This document shows, piece by piece, positions 38,326 through 50,055 of a stretch of DNA of 64,000 nucleotides. Position 1 is the first letter of the stretch. Each line of letters begins with the position of its first letter. Source of the stretch: Haliotis rufescens (Eukaryota); contig NW_025963802.1 of NCBI RefSeq assembly GCF_023055435.1, positions 35,774,001 through 35,838,000 on the forward strand. The letters are read 5' to 3'. Below the pieces are notes generated by a model that was not told the DNA's origin, did not search any database, and saw only the letters and a list, made by a program, of their open reading frames with translations. Both the position numbers and the translations under genes were made by a program.

Positions 38326-38640
38326 TACGTAAGCTTTTTAGGGTCACTTTTTTCTCTTGAAATTTCAAGGAAACAAATGGCCCTTTCGGGAAAAGTAGGT
38401 AAAGACAGCCCAAATAAATGGCCATAGATTCAGCTAGCGCCACGAACTGAGCGACAGTTATAGGCACTCCCTGGACTTGATCACTTATGTTAGCCTTACT
38501 GGGGTCAGAAGTCAAACACTTCCAAGTGATCTGGGTGTCAGTCTGATAATTTCCATACAAATATTTGAGTTTTCCGTAACATTAAAATTTCACACATCCA
38601 GTAGGGTTAAACGGGCCCTTATCCCATATCGTCCCACGCC

Positions 38641-38870
38641 GACCGCCTCCGTGGTCAAGTGGACAGAGCGTCTGCCAGGAGAGAGGAAGTCCAGTGGTTC
38701 GATCCCCTGGCGCATGATACCGGAAGTCGTTGGCGTTCTGCATTAGGAGAAAACAAGGACTGTATGGTCGGCTTGGTATAACTCATACTGTGTCTGAGTG
38801 TGGTTTCATGGTATACTGCAGCAGGGTAGTTCAGACTATACACCTGAATTGTCTGGACTAGTACAAGCAC
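38641..38870 (+). mobile_element. SINE family D (diverged)
   Basis: gaccgcctccgtggtcaagtgg...ggttcgatccc. Confidence 0.8.
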
Positions 38871-38878
38871 CTAAAGTA

Positions 38879-39379
38879 CTCACGGAAATAAAAAAAAAAC
38901 CCTGTTTTTCTCAATTTAAAATCGACACAAAGTGTTACGTAGCTGTAAATACGAAATAACAAAACAACTCGAAAAGTACTAATCTGGATTTGCTAGTTTG
39001 ATCTCAGTGAACAATACAAAATGTACTTTACAGCAGGTAATTTGTCGGGACTTTCAACATTCAAAAATAAAACTAAGTCCAAATTGACATAGCAAAAACA
39101 GCCTATAGGCATTATGCACCTGTTCTCACCTGTCGTCAAGGTGTCATAGGTCACCTTGATCTACTTACACCTGGTTATGCCCTGTTACACAATAGTCTGT
39201 TTTATTCACATTTTTACACATTTACGTGTAAAAAGGCATAAAAAAATTTGATACGCTGTATTTGTGCCACGGCCCAGTTAGTACTAATTTAGTTGTTTGA
39301 ATATTCACATATTTTGTATATTAACTGCATTTATTTAAGATCTGTGGTCGAAAAAACATGGTTTTTTCATTTCCGTGAG
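38879..39379. mobile_element. TIR element (MITE), superfamily unassigned
   Basis: TIR ctcacggaaat(a/g)aaaaaa..cc.tgttttt / aaaaaacatggttttttcatttccgtgag. Confidence 0.7.
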
Positions 39380-39478
39380 GGGGGGGGGGGGGCAGTTGGC
39401 TACGGCACTGAGCACACACATTCACACACGTGCGCGCGTGGCTGTTAAACCCATTTTACTTCACCATGTACTTGACAC

Positions 39479-39729
39479 GCTTGTTTGTATGTTTGTTGTT
39501 TTACGCCGCACTCAGCAATATTCCAGCTATATGACGTCGGTCTGTAAATAATCAAGTGATGACTAGACAATCCAGTGATTGACATCATGAGCTTCGATCT
39601 ACGCAATTGGGATACGATGACATGCATCAACCAAGTCAGCGAGCCTGACCACCCGATTCCGTTACTCGCTTCTTACGACAATTTTTAGCATAGTGGCCTT
39701 TTACGGCAAGCATGGGTTGCTGAAGACCA
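39479..39729 (-). mobile_element. Family B retroposon (5'-truncated)
   Basis: Similar to the other family B copies. Confidence 0.85.
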
Positions 39730-39899
39730 AATGCGTGGATGGATGCTCACAATATCAATCAACAGTAGTCAAAAACATATGTTCTTCTAAATCTATTTAT
39801 TCGCTTTTTTAAAGGGGACCGGTCGAAACAATTAAATAATCAATTTCGAAGATATGTGGATTGTGCAAACAGCGCAGAAGCCGTGGGACAACCTCCTCG

Positions 39900-40612
39900 G
39901 CAATTATGTTTGTCGTAACAGGCCACTATGCTTGTCGTAACAGGCCACTATGCTTGTCGTAACAGGCAATTATGCTTGTCGTAACAGGCAATTATGCTTG
40001 TCGTAACAGGTCACTATGCTTGTCGTAACAGGCCACTATGCTTATCGTAACAGGCCACTATGTTTGTCGTAACAGGCAATTATGCTTGTCGTTACAGGCG
40101 ACTATGCTTGTCAACAGGCAATTATGTTTGTCGTAACAGGCCACTATGCTTGTCGTAACAGGCCACTATGCTTGTCGTAACAGGCAATTATGCTTGTCGT
40201 TACAGGCGACTATGCTTGTCAACAGGCAATTGTATGCTTGTTGTAACAGCTAGGCAATTGTGCTTGTCGTAACAGGCGACTATGCTTGTCGTAACAGGCA
40301 ATTGTGCTTGTCGTAACAGGCGACTATGCTTGTTGTAATAGGCGACTTTGCTTGTCGTAACAGGCAATTATGCTTGTAGTAACAGGCAGTTGTGATTGTC
40401 GTAAAAGGCGACTATGCATGTCGTTACAGGCGACTAAATGGCTCGGTGGTCAGGCTCGCTGACTTGGTTGATGCATATCATCGTATGCCAATTTGAACGG
40501 ATCGATGCTCATGATGTCAATCACTGGATTGTCGGGTCCAGACTCGATTATTTCCAGACCGCCGTCATATCGTTAGAATGTTGCTGAGTGCGGCGTAAAA
40601 CAACAAACAAAC
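39900..40612 (+). mobile_element. Family B retroposon with its internal 22-bp unit expanded to about 24 copies (39900-40438)
   Basis: An atgcttgtcgtaacaggcgact array runs directly into the family B body and tail. Confidence 0.88.
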
Positions 40613-41571
40613 ATACACATTATGTGCATTTGTGGGGCGCTTCAATCAATGCGGGTTCATTAATCGTTCTAAGTGAGTGTGGTTTTACGCCGCATTTAGC
40701 ACCATTATAACGAAGGGGCCTACCAAGAACGCATGAATAGATTGTATGGATTCAAACGCGGGTCCTCGTACCAATGGCTGCGTCAGATAACCGTACAGGT
40801 TCATAGAATAACCCTTTTCCATTCCCATTTTTTTATTGAGTTAGTGAGTTAGGAGATAAACAGTTTATATTTTCAGGTTTGCGGGTGTTATTTGCCCAAA
40901 AATATCATTTAAAACCGAGTTCAGTACTCAATAATACCCGCATATCTAAAACATAATGTTTATTTATAGTGTAAAGCACAAAAGTTGTAAGTAAGTTCCC
41001 GTAACAGCAAGCGATCTGTGAGACAGACGTGCATTCATTAATTCGTGATGATAATAACGGATGACGTCCCAAATTCGCTCTGATTTTGTCAGCACATACC
41101 ATAGCCTGTCTCACACTCCACGAACCATACTATTTTCCTTTCCACCCAGTCCTTTCGGTAATGCAAAAGCACTAAATGAAGCAAGTCTAGATTTTCGTCA
41201 GGTTCTAAATACCCCCATATCAATAAAGCTCCTTTTCAATTTAAATGGAATTATTTGTTTCTGTCAAAAATATTTATTTTCAGAGACTAAGCACATATCC
41301 GTGCTCATGGGTTTCACAAAAGTGGCATGCTTCTGATATTGGCACTCACTCAAAGCCAACCGTGCCTACATCGTGTATAAATAGGACAATCGAAATGTAC
41401 GTATCGTGAGATGTAGGCATATATCTTCACTCACTGATATACACGTTGCTGGATTATGCTCAGTGCATTACAAAACACTAACTCCACCACTGAACATTCA
41501 ATGAGATGTATCAAGTCTTTGAAAGGCATTTAGAAGTGATTCACATAAGGTAGAGGATTAATGGATGCTTT

Positions 41572-42445
41572 CTTACTTACTTATATTGGAGATTTAACGT
41601 GCGCTTTCCGACTGCAAGCGTATGTCGCACACAGGCCCGGCCAGGCCATTTAATGTGTTTCCAAAAAGGGGAAAAGTGAGTTTGTGCAACCCAGGAGGGG
41701 GGCTTTAGGGGTTGCTTATATAGTAATTTTTAAATTTTGAGATTTGGAAAGAATGCCAAGAGTGGGTGGGGGACGAACTAAGGGAGCTGTGTGTGTTGGG
41801 TGGTTGTTAGATAAGGTAGTTTTGGTTTTAATATTTTGTTTGGGGTTTAAATGCGACTAATTAGTCCTGTTTTAATTAGGTATATGCCTAAGGCTTTGAA
41901 TTTTTCTAATTTATTTTGTGGATTTAGGATTGATTTTAGTGTAAGTCCCGTTTTAAGATTTAGGGTGGTCTGTAGTGTTGTTCCATGTGTTTGGTAGTGT
42001 GTGCAGTGAATGAGTACGTGTTTTGGTGTTTCTTGTTGTTTGCAATGCGGGCAGTTTCCTGTTGTGTGTAGATTTAGCTATTTTACGGTGATTATTTAGT
42101 TTGGTGTGGCCTGTTTGTAGTTTAGTAATTATTCTGTCGATTTTTTTTGGATGGGTGTAGTATTTTTGGTTTATTTAGGGTTTTTTTTAGTACTTTCCTG
42201 ATTTGGCTATTTGAGTTTTGGTATATATTTTGCCATTTTTTGTTGATTTTTTGTTTAGTGACACTTTTGATTTCTGATTTTGAGCTTGGTAAGTTTAAGC
42301 TGATTTCTGGGAGTTTAAGGGATAATTTTGCTGCTTTACCTGCTTTTTCATTTCCAAAGATTCCTACGTGGGCGGGGATCCAAATGAACTCTATTTGTTT
42401 ACCTGCCTTAGTTAAGTTGTTTGAGCTATTGAGTATTTGATATTT
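41572..42445 (-). mobile_element. 3' fragment of an RNase H-encoding LINE (I/Nimb-like)
   Basis: IEFIWIPAHVGIFGNEKAGKAAK (RNase H), CPHCKQQETPKHVLIHC knuckle, (AGTA)n tail. Confidence 0.85.
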
Positions 42446-42954
42446 CTGAGGCAGAGAGCATATATATAGATGTACATGTAAGAACAACAAAAGTAATAAG
42501 ATAACAAAAGGTGCAGGAAACTTAACAAGGGAAGCCAACAGATAATTGGCGCTAATAGGTGATTAGCAATAAACAATAGAAGGCAACACTTTACAGTAAT
42601 TAGCGTTGATATATGGACAACTGGAAGCCAGGACTTAAATTATCACTGATTGGTAATTTGGTAATGGACAATGGGCAAACGGGAGGCCGGGGGTAATTGG
42701 CACTGATAGGGCTTGCCCTCATTTCGCCTACACCTCATTTCGCCTACAATAATTCAAATGCTTAATTGCCTCACCCCTATTATATGAACGGGCATTGTCC
42801 ATCTCAGGCTGTTAACTAATCCAAGCTCTAGTCTAATCCAAGCGGCATAGAGGTTCAAAGTGAAGTGACTCTGACAGTTTGTTATGGATGGTACTTTTTC
42901 TGTTTGTCCTAGCTTGTGGCTCCAAGTGTATATTATTCATTGTCTTGTAAATGG

Positions 42955-43640
42955 TAAAACAAACCAAAAATCACAAAAAATGGCATAACCTATATCTAAA
43001 CTCAAATAGCCAAATCAAAAAAGTGCTCAGCAAACCACTAACCAAACCAAAAATTCTCCATCCATCAAAAAAAAATCGACAGAGTAATCACTAAACTCCA
43101 AACAGGACACACCAACCTAAATAACCACCTATATATTTTTTTAAAAACCACACTACAGGTAACTGCCCACACTGCAAACAACCAGAAACCCCAGAACACG
43201 CACTCATCCACTGCACACACTGCCTAACACATCGAACCGCATTACAAACCACCCTCAATCTAAACAAGGCTCTAACTCTAGAAGCAATACTAAACCCACA
43301 AAATAAACTAGAAAACTTTCAAGGCCTTAGGCGTATTCTTAATAAAAACGGAACTAATAAAACGCATCTAAAAACACAATAACCTACCAAATCAAAATCA
43401 CATAAACCAAAAACATCCACCATACCCAGCTCCCTTAGTTCTCCTCCCCAATCCCATCGGCATCTATTCCAATCTCAAAATTCCCAAATTCTGTAGAAGC
43501 AACCCCTAAACCCCCCTCTTGGGTTGCACAGACCACTTTCGCCCCTTTCGGAAACACATTAAATGGCCTGGCCGGGCCCGTGTGCGAAATACGCATCAGT
43601 CGGAAAGCGCACGTTAAATCTCCAAAGTAAGTAAGTAAAT
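42955..43640 (+). mobile_element. Second, inverted 3' fragment of the same LINE family
   Basis: Homologous to about 41572-42250; ends ggaaagcgcacgttaaatctccaaagtaagtaagtaa. Confidence 0.85.
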
Positions 43641-43654
43641 AATGGTAAAATGTA

Positions 43655-44410
43655 TCCTGTTGCTTTTCGTTGCTTCCTAACAAGACCAAACAGACATATG
43701 TTAGACTATTTAGGTTGTTGAAGGACACAGTAGGAACCAGAACTGGAACTGAACTTTCTCCAGAGGTGTTTCAGACTGATTACGTGTCAGCAGTCATAAG
43801 TGCCATTGCAGAGGTTTTTCCTGATAGTTAGGTGAGGGGTTGTCTGTTTCACTATTCACAAGCTTTGTGGCGTCAGGTAGTTGAGAGAGGTCTTGTACGA
43901 GAATACACGAACAATCCAGCAATTCAGTCCCATGTTCGACGTGCCGCAGCCCTGCCACTTCTCCCACTTGACCAGGTACAGAATGCATGGGTTGAGGTGA
44001 TGGAGCAAGGACCTGATGATCAACAGATTGGTGATTTTAACGACTATGTCACCAGCACATGGGTAGATGACGACGCTAGATTCCCATGCCATATTTGGAA
44101 CAAGCACGACAACACCGGTCCCCGATCCAACAACCATCTGGAAGGGTTCCACTGTGGACTGAAAAAGAGAATGCCCCGATCTCACCCTAACATTTATCAG
44201 TTCTTGAAGGAGATCAAGAAGATTGAAAAGGCAGACAGACGCTCCAGGAAACAAATAGATCTTGGAGGATCATGCAGACCCCGAGCTCGTGTTGACAGAC
44301 AAAGGGACGAAAGAATTGAAAGACTAAAGACACAGCTTCTTATATTAGTGGAAGATTAAACTGTAATGCAATTTCTTGATGCCGTTGGATATGTACTAAA
44401 GCTACAGTAA
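43655..44410 (+). pseudogene. MULE transposase remnant
   Basis: LLPNKTKQTYVRLF...FQTDY..(frameshift/stop)..RGCLFHYSQALWR...PRSNNHLEGFH...HPNIYQFL (CxxH motif and catalytic E region); N-terminus missing. Confidence 0.88.
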
Positions 44411-44870
44411 TCATGAGTCATTATTATTATTACTGCATAATGTAAATATCAGCTATTAAACAATGTATGTCTTCTCTGTTTAACCTTCTTTTGGGTCAGT
44501 TCATTATTTTAGAGGTAACACAGCACTTGACTTATGTGCAGTCGGCTGTAAATTTGTTTTGATAAGGGTGTAGGCGAAATGAGGTGTAGGCGAAATGAGG
44601 ACAGGCCACTGATAGGTAAAAGAACAGAAATGGCAATGGGCAAATTGAAGCCAGCTAGATGTAGTTGATATTTGCATTTAGAATATGCCCAGCCATGCAC
44701 ATAAATACGTTCCCTATTTTGTAAATGAAACTGCTGTACGATATATCCCATTTGACAAGTAAATATACATACATCTACATGAGTCTACATACTGGGGGTC
44801 GTATGATCGCTCCTTGCTACACTATGTCTATCTTCGACTGCTTGGGTAATTCTCACTGAGGCTTCTGATA

Positions 44871-45044
44871 TACAGTAAACTACGGTTATAACGATCTCAC
44901 AGGGACCAGTAATTGTAGTTCGTGAGAACCGTAGTTCGTTAAGCATATACAGCACATGTACAGTAAATGGTCAGGACAAAAAACAAGTTCGTTATATCCG
45001 TCAGTTCGTTATAAGCGTGTTCGTTATAAACGTAGTTTACTGTA
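44871..45044. mobile_element. Tigger/pogo-like MITE
   Basis: TIR tacagtaaactacg(g/t)ttataacga with TA ends. Confidence 0.8.
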
Positions 45045-47671
45045 TGGTGTAGAGTACGGGAGCCACCCCGGATATTCATTTCTGATTCCCGATAAAACAT
45101 ACTTTTCCTTATGTTGATTGTAAAAATGTTATCAAAGAAAAAATGCAACGAAATATAGGCGGAATTCTTATTTAAATCGAAGTTCAAACTAGTTTGTAAG
45201 ATATACTGTAACCAAACATTTTTTTAAAGTATTTTTTAAGTATCACTAATGAAGCACTGCTGAAAGTTCTGAATGTTAGACGTATGTGCAGTAAAGGTGG
45301 CCTCACACTGTGGCAAACTCCCACCTTTCGAGATCATCTAAAGTTAGAATGCTATGAAGAATTAATTATTTACGATGAAACGCACATGGGTCAACTTTCT
45401 GAATTACCTCCCTTTATTACTATCCCTCGTGTGAGGTGCAAAATTACACATACCAAAATAATCAACATGGCTTCCTCTTTGACCGAGGGCAGCTAAATGT
45501 GATTTGAAATTTGAAGATATTTGATACCTTAGAGTACCACAGATGTTTTGATATAAAAGGTTTGATATTGACACACTTTGTGACCTTGAAAATGTGGTTG
45601 TCGGTAACGAAGCATGTCTGTGTATGGCAGATTTAACGATTCAATGTAAGCTTCATAATTTGATGGCGTCAGAACGGTGTCATTCTATGGAATATTGATT
45701 AAATAATCAATCCTGGAGACATGGTTTATCGTCCTTATACACACCAGCCACCATTAATTATGCCAAATTTGATCAATCATGTTTTTATCGTTATGAAACT
45801 GCAAGATAGGGATTTTCTTACTCGAATTTCATGGTCATTTTGACATTTTGTGGATCGTGTGAAAGCACATGGCGCCATTTTGATTGACCTACAGCCATAT
45901 TTCGTCATTTCTATATGCATGTGGTTGTATCGCTTAGACAAATGACAGTGTTAAGTAAATATCGAGAGGTGTCTTGTTTCAAACACTGGACCATGCTGTC
46001 AGATTTTTTTCCGTGTAAAGGGGAGTAACTCTTGATTGTCTGCTCATGCCTCCACAGTATACTACATGTATCTAAAAAGAACCATGAGTGGTATTCTGGT
46101 GTCTGTATGTTTGACAGTATCATGGTTGTTGGTGAACACATTGTTCGTCATATTCCATTTTTGGATAGTTCAAATTTGTTGACTGAGAATATTGAACTAG
46201 ACCTGTGATGTAATTTTTCCTGTGTTTATTCAAGTGTGATTTTACAGACTTATTGTTTGGTGGCCTAGTATTCATGTATTTGTATGAGTCAGATTATCTC
46301 TAGCATCTAATGTCATGTAATTTGTCAAATTAATCTTTCTATTAGACAAATACTGTAACGTGATGCTGAGTCGTAATAGTGTGCCATGAAAGTTCTGAGT
46401 AATTTCCCGGGATAATTCTACAATGGGACCAGTTGCTACAAATCTTTCACTGGTTTCAGAACCTAACGTTACATTGGTCCACATGATATAAATTGCATTT
46501 CAAATTAGGAGGTAGACCTATTGTTTTAAAATTTGAGGTTGTCTTACAGCGATAGAAACTAACAGCTTTAGCTCACTAGTCCTTATAATGATAACATAAG
46601 CAAAACCCCTTAAAAAGGGCAAATTTCTATTACTCCTTAAGATACCTTAACTATTGGGCAATTTGGCAGGGACTAAGGACTAGTGCCAAATTAGATATTT
46701 TTATATCGAGCCTAGTGCTTTATCACATTTACAGACTGATGAATAAGTGTGTATTTGATGATACTGTGACAGCTTATTATGTTATAAGAATCTCTTGCTC
46801 TGTTAGCTGTTCAAAGCAGGACTTTACTTAATCATTAAACTCTGACTTGTGGAACTAAGTAAACACAGAACGTACAAAGAAACAAATCAAATGATGTTTA
46901 AAAGAGGCTTCTTTTGATATTAGTTTATGCCCCAGGGCTTGTTGTTCAATGTTAGAGTTCAACTCTTCCTTCACATTATACGCCATGATGCTGTGCAGCA
47001 GTGTCCTTGTGACTGGGTAAATACTTGTGATGATGTCATCAGGCTTCTTGTTGTGTGTATCCCTTTTTGTTCCCTGGACTTACATAACTGGAACAAACTT
47101 TATCTGAAGTCTGTTTTCAGTTGCTGTATACAGGGTAAACATGGTAAAGGATGTGCCAGTGTCAACCTTGCTGTGTTGGAGGAGGAAGGGTTGGCCATCA
47201 TCATGTTCATGTAGGAGTCTTGTGTTTTGGAGAAGGGCTGTTATCATTATCAAGTAATCTTGTATCAGGGAAGGAAAGAGAATTTGTAGAAGTTTCCTAG
47301 TTTTAGCAGTGTGATCTATGATATGTTAGTTTGGTGAGCGTTGTGCAAGATTGGTATTTTCCCTATTAGGTTATGTGATGGAGGTCAAGTAGGTCTCAGT
47401 AGAGTCATGTTTAATTACTTTCAAGAGACAATATATTGTGATTTTTGTTTTCTTTGAAAGTTATTCCATGTTTACAGGGACAGTCTTGCACTAAAAGAAT
47501 AGTGACCATGAGTATATCTAGAATATGTTTATCTTCTTATGGTTACGTACATTTTGATTGTAGAAACAATTCTTAACCTATTAACAAGACCTGAAAGAAT
47601 TTTTTTTCCAGGATATTTCCATGGTGTAATTTTGTTTAGGAGTTAATATATTTCTTCTTTCCTGATGATAT

Positions 47672-47817
47672 ATGCTCTGTTTTTCAGATGGTTTGAACAA
47701 GGGCAGATGACACAAGGGTTGATGACGTGTGTTCTGTGTTTCAGATTGGTTGAACAATGGCATATGGCGCAAGGGCTGATGACGTGTGTTCTGTGTTTCA
47801 GATGGGTTGAACAATGG
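47672..47817 (+). repeat. 57-bp tandem repeat spanning the zinc-finger gene acceptor (AG at 47686, 47743, 47800)
   Basis: gtgttctgtgtttcagatgggttgaacaatggc... about 2.5 copies. Confidence 0.9.
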
Positions 47818-48207
47818 CGGAGGACCAGCCCCACCCACCAAGCAACGAAGCGAAATGTAACCCGGGCCAAGGTGCTGTTGCCCGTCTGCTTCTGGCGAGT
47901 TCCATGATCGCCCAGGAGGAGGCGAGAAGGGATGGCGGCAACACACACGACAAGCCCATGGAGGTGTCGGACCACCGTCCAGCACGTCTTGACTGTCATA
48001 TGCTGGACAATAACAGCGCAGCAGATGGGACCCCTCCACCAGACGACCTCAGTGTTGGTCAGAATGACCTCTCTCCCGACGTCTACATCACCTATCCCCC
48101 GTCATCGTCAGGTTTGAACCCCTCCGGTAGACTTTATAACTGTAGATTCTGCAATTTCTCCACTGTGACGTACTCTCATCTACAGCTTCATATGCCCAAA
48201 CATGGAG
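47814..48207 (+). CDS. Ikaros/Pegasus/TRPS1-like C2H2 zinc-finger protein, first coding exon
   Basis: MAEDQ...YNCRFCNFSTVTYSHLQLHMPKHG (C2H2 finger 1); acceptor AG at 47800-47801; phase-1 donor G|gtttgt matches the acceptor at 50054-50055. Confidence 0.85.
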
Positions 48208-48734
48208 GTTTGTGGATTTCCAGTCCCTCTCCTGTACCCAACCTCAGTATTGAAATAAATAGAGGTGGCAAAGTCTGGAACTAGGACACAGTCCAATCTT
48301 GGAATTAGGGAGGTTCAAATCTGGAAACTAGGCATGATCAGATAAGAAGAGGTCAAATATTGGAATTAATGATCAAATCTTGTAATTAGAAGGGTTCAAA
48401 TATTGGAATTAAAGATCAAATCTTGAAGTTAGAATTGTTTTTCGTTGGGATGGGGGCTATTGTAAAAATGTCATAATTCATCTTTTGGATTGTTGTTTGA
48501 ATTGCTCACATAAATCAGTAGTTTCCATCTTTTTGAAATTACCTGTTTTTTCATGGACATGTAACATGAATTTCTAGAGGGAGTAATCTGTATGCAGAAC
48601 TTGTGTCATTCACGTTGTAGTTTTTACTTTGACACCATTAAGGTTGCATGAGTTTACTTCAATGTGGGTAAAAAAAAACCATGGGTGCCTCACCTGACCA
48701 ATGTATTCATATAGGCTTGAGTCCTTATATCATA

Positions 48735-49405
48735 TGTATCCGGATACATGAGTGATGATATGATACGTATCCCGATACTTGGGTCATTTTATTATACGCA
48801 TCACGATACATGAGTGATGATATGGTACGTATCCCGATGCTTGAGTCTTGATATGATACGTCTCCCGATACTTGAGTCTTGATACGATACGTAGGGTGAT
48901 ACTTGAGTCTTGATAGGATATGTATCCCGATATTTGAGTCTTGATATGATACACAGAGTGATACTTGAGTCTTGATATGATACGTATGGGGATACTTGGG
49001 TCTTGATATGATACGTATGACTATACACGAGTCTTGATATGAAACGTATGGTTCTACATGAGTCTTGATATACATGTAATAAGTATCCCGATATTTGAGT
49101 CTTGATATGACACATATGACTATACACAAGTCTTGATATGACACATATTGTGATACACGAGTCTTGATATGACACATATTGTGATACACGAGTCTTGATA
49201 TGATAAGTATCCCGAAACACAAGTCTTGATATGTTACATATGGTTCTACACGAGTCTTGATATGATACATATCCTGATACTTGAGTCTTGCTATGATACG
49301 TATCCCGATACTTGAGTCTTTATATGATACGTATGGTGATACATGAGGCTTTATATGATGCATATGGTGATACATAAGTCCTGCCATGATGCATATCATG
49401 ATATT
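48735..49405. repeat. Diverged about 31-bp minisatellite in the zinc-finger gene intron
   Basis: Unit gatacttgagtcttgatatgatacgtatccc. Confidence 0.92.
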
Positions 49406-49671
49406 TGCTTACAGTTTCCCTGCTGTTTTGGTGATGGTATTCCATGTTGCATGTTGCCTTGTTGCTATGAACCAGTTTATATTGGATTTAAGTGAATGGT
49501 TAAGTCACATTCTTTTAGTGATATATGACACATTTAGCATTTTGTTTTGCTTTAGTTGGTAATGTAATACAAGCCAAGTAGTTGTCATGCTGATTGTTGA
49601 ACAAAAATATTACTGGCCCCCAATAAAATCTTACTAAGACACAAAAGAGAAACTTTCTTCCTTTCAAATCT

Positions 49672-49804
49672 TGGGTGATGGGATAACCTTGTTGTTAAAG
49701 CGTTCATAACGCCGAAGACCCGGGGCAGATTCCCCACGTAGGTACAATGTGTGAAGCCCATTTCTGGTTTCTCCCACTGTGATATTGCTGGAATATTGCT
49801 AAAA
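49672..49804 (+). mobile_element. tRNA SINE family A, cut off by the assembly gap
   Basis: Similar to 58101-58270. Confidence 0.8.
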
Positions 49805-49966
49805 NNNNNNNNNNNNNNNNNNNNNNNNNNNNNNNNNNNNNNNNNNNNNNNNNNNNNNNNNNNNNNNNNNNNNNNNNNNNNNNNNNNNNNNNNNNNNNNN
49901 NNNNNNNNNNNNNNNNNNNNNNNNNNNNNNNNNNNNNNNNNNNNNNNNNNNNNNNNNNNNNNNNNN
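49805..49966. other. Assembly gap (162 N)
   Basis: Run of N. Confidence 1.
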
Positions 49967-50055
49967 GTTACTTTGGTAAGGCAGATAAAAGTTAGGATGA
50001 TGTGTAACATGAACTGTAGCAGAAGCAGTATTTCATTCGTCTCTGTGTGTTTCAG

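Larger units (their letters stand above)
42711..44606 (+). mobile_element. Decayed Mutator (MULE) transposon carrying a LINE fragment
   Basis: TIR with doubled cctcatttcgcctaca; TSD cactgatagg at 42701-42710 and 44607-44616. Confidence 0.88.

Noticed and set aside
45280-45890. Possible promoter or first exon of the zinc-finger gene (YY1-like catggcgccatttt)
   Set aside because: A short motif only; no transcript evidence.
48725-49399. 224-aa and 139-aa Tyr/His-rich ORFs
   Set aside because: Minisatellite in the zinc-finger gene intron.
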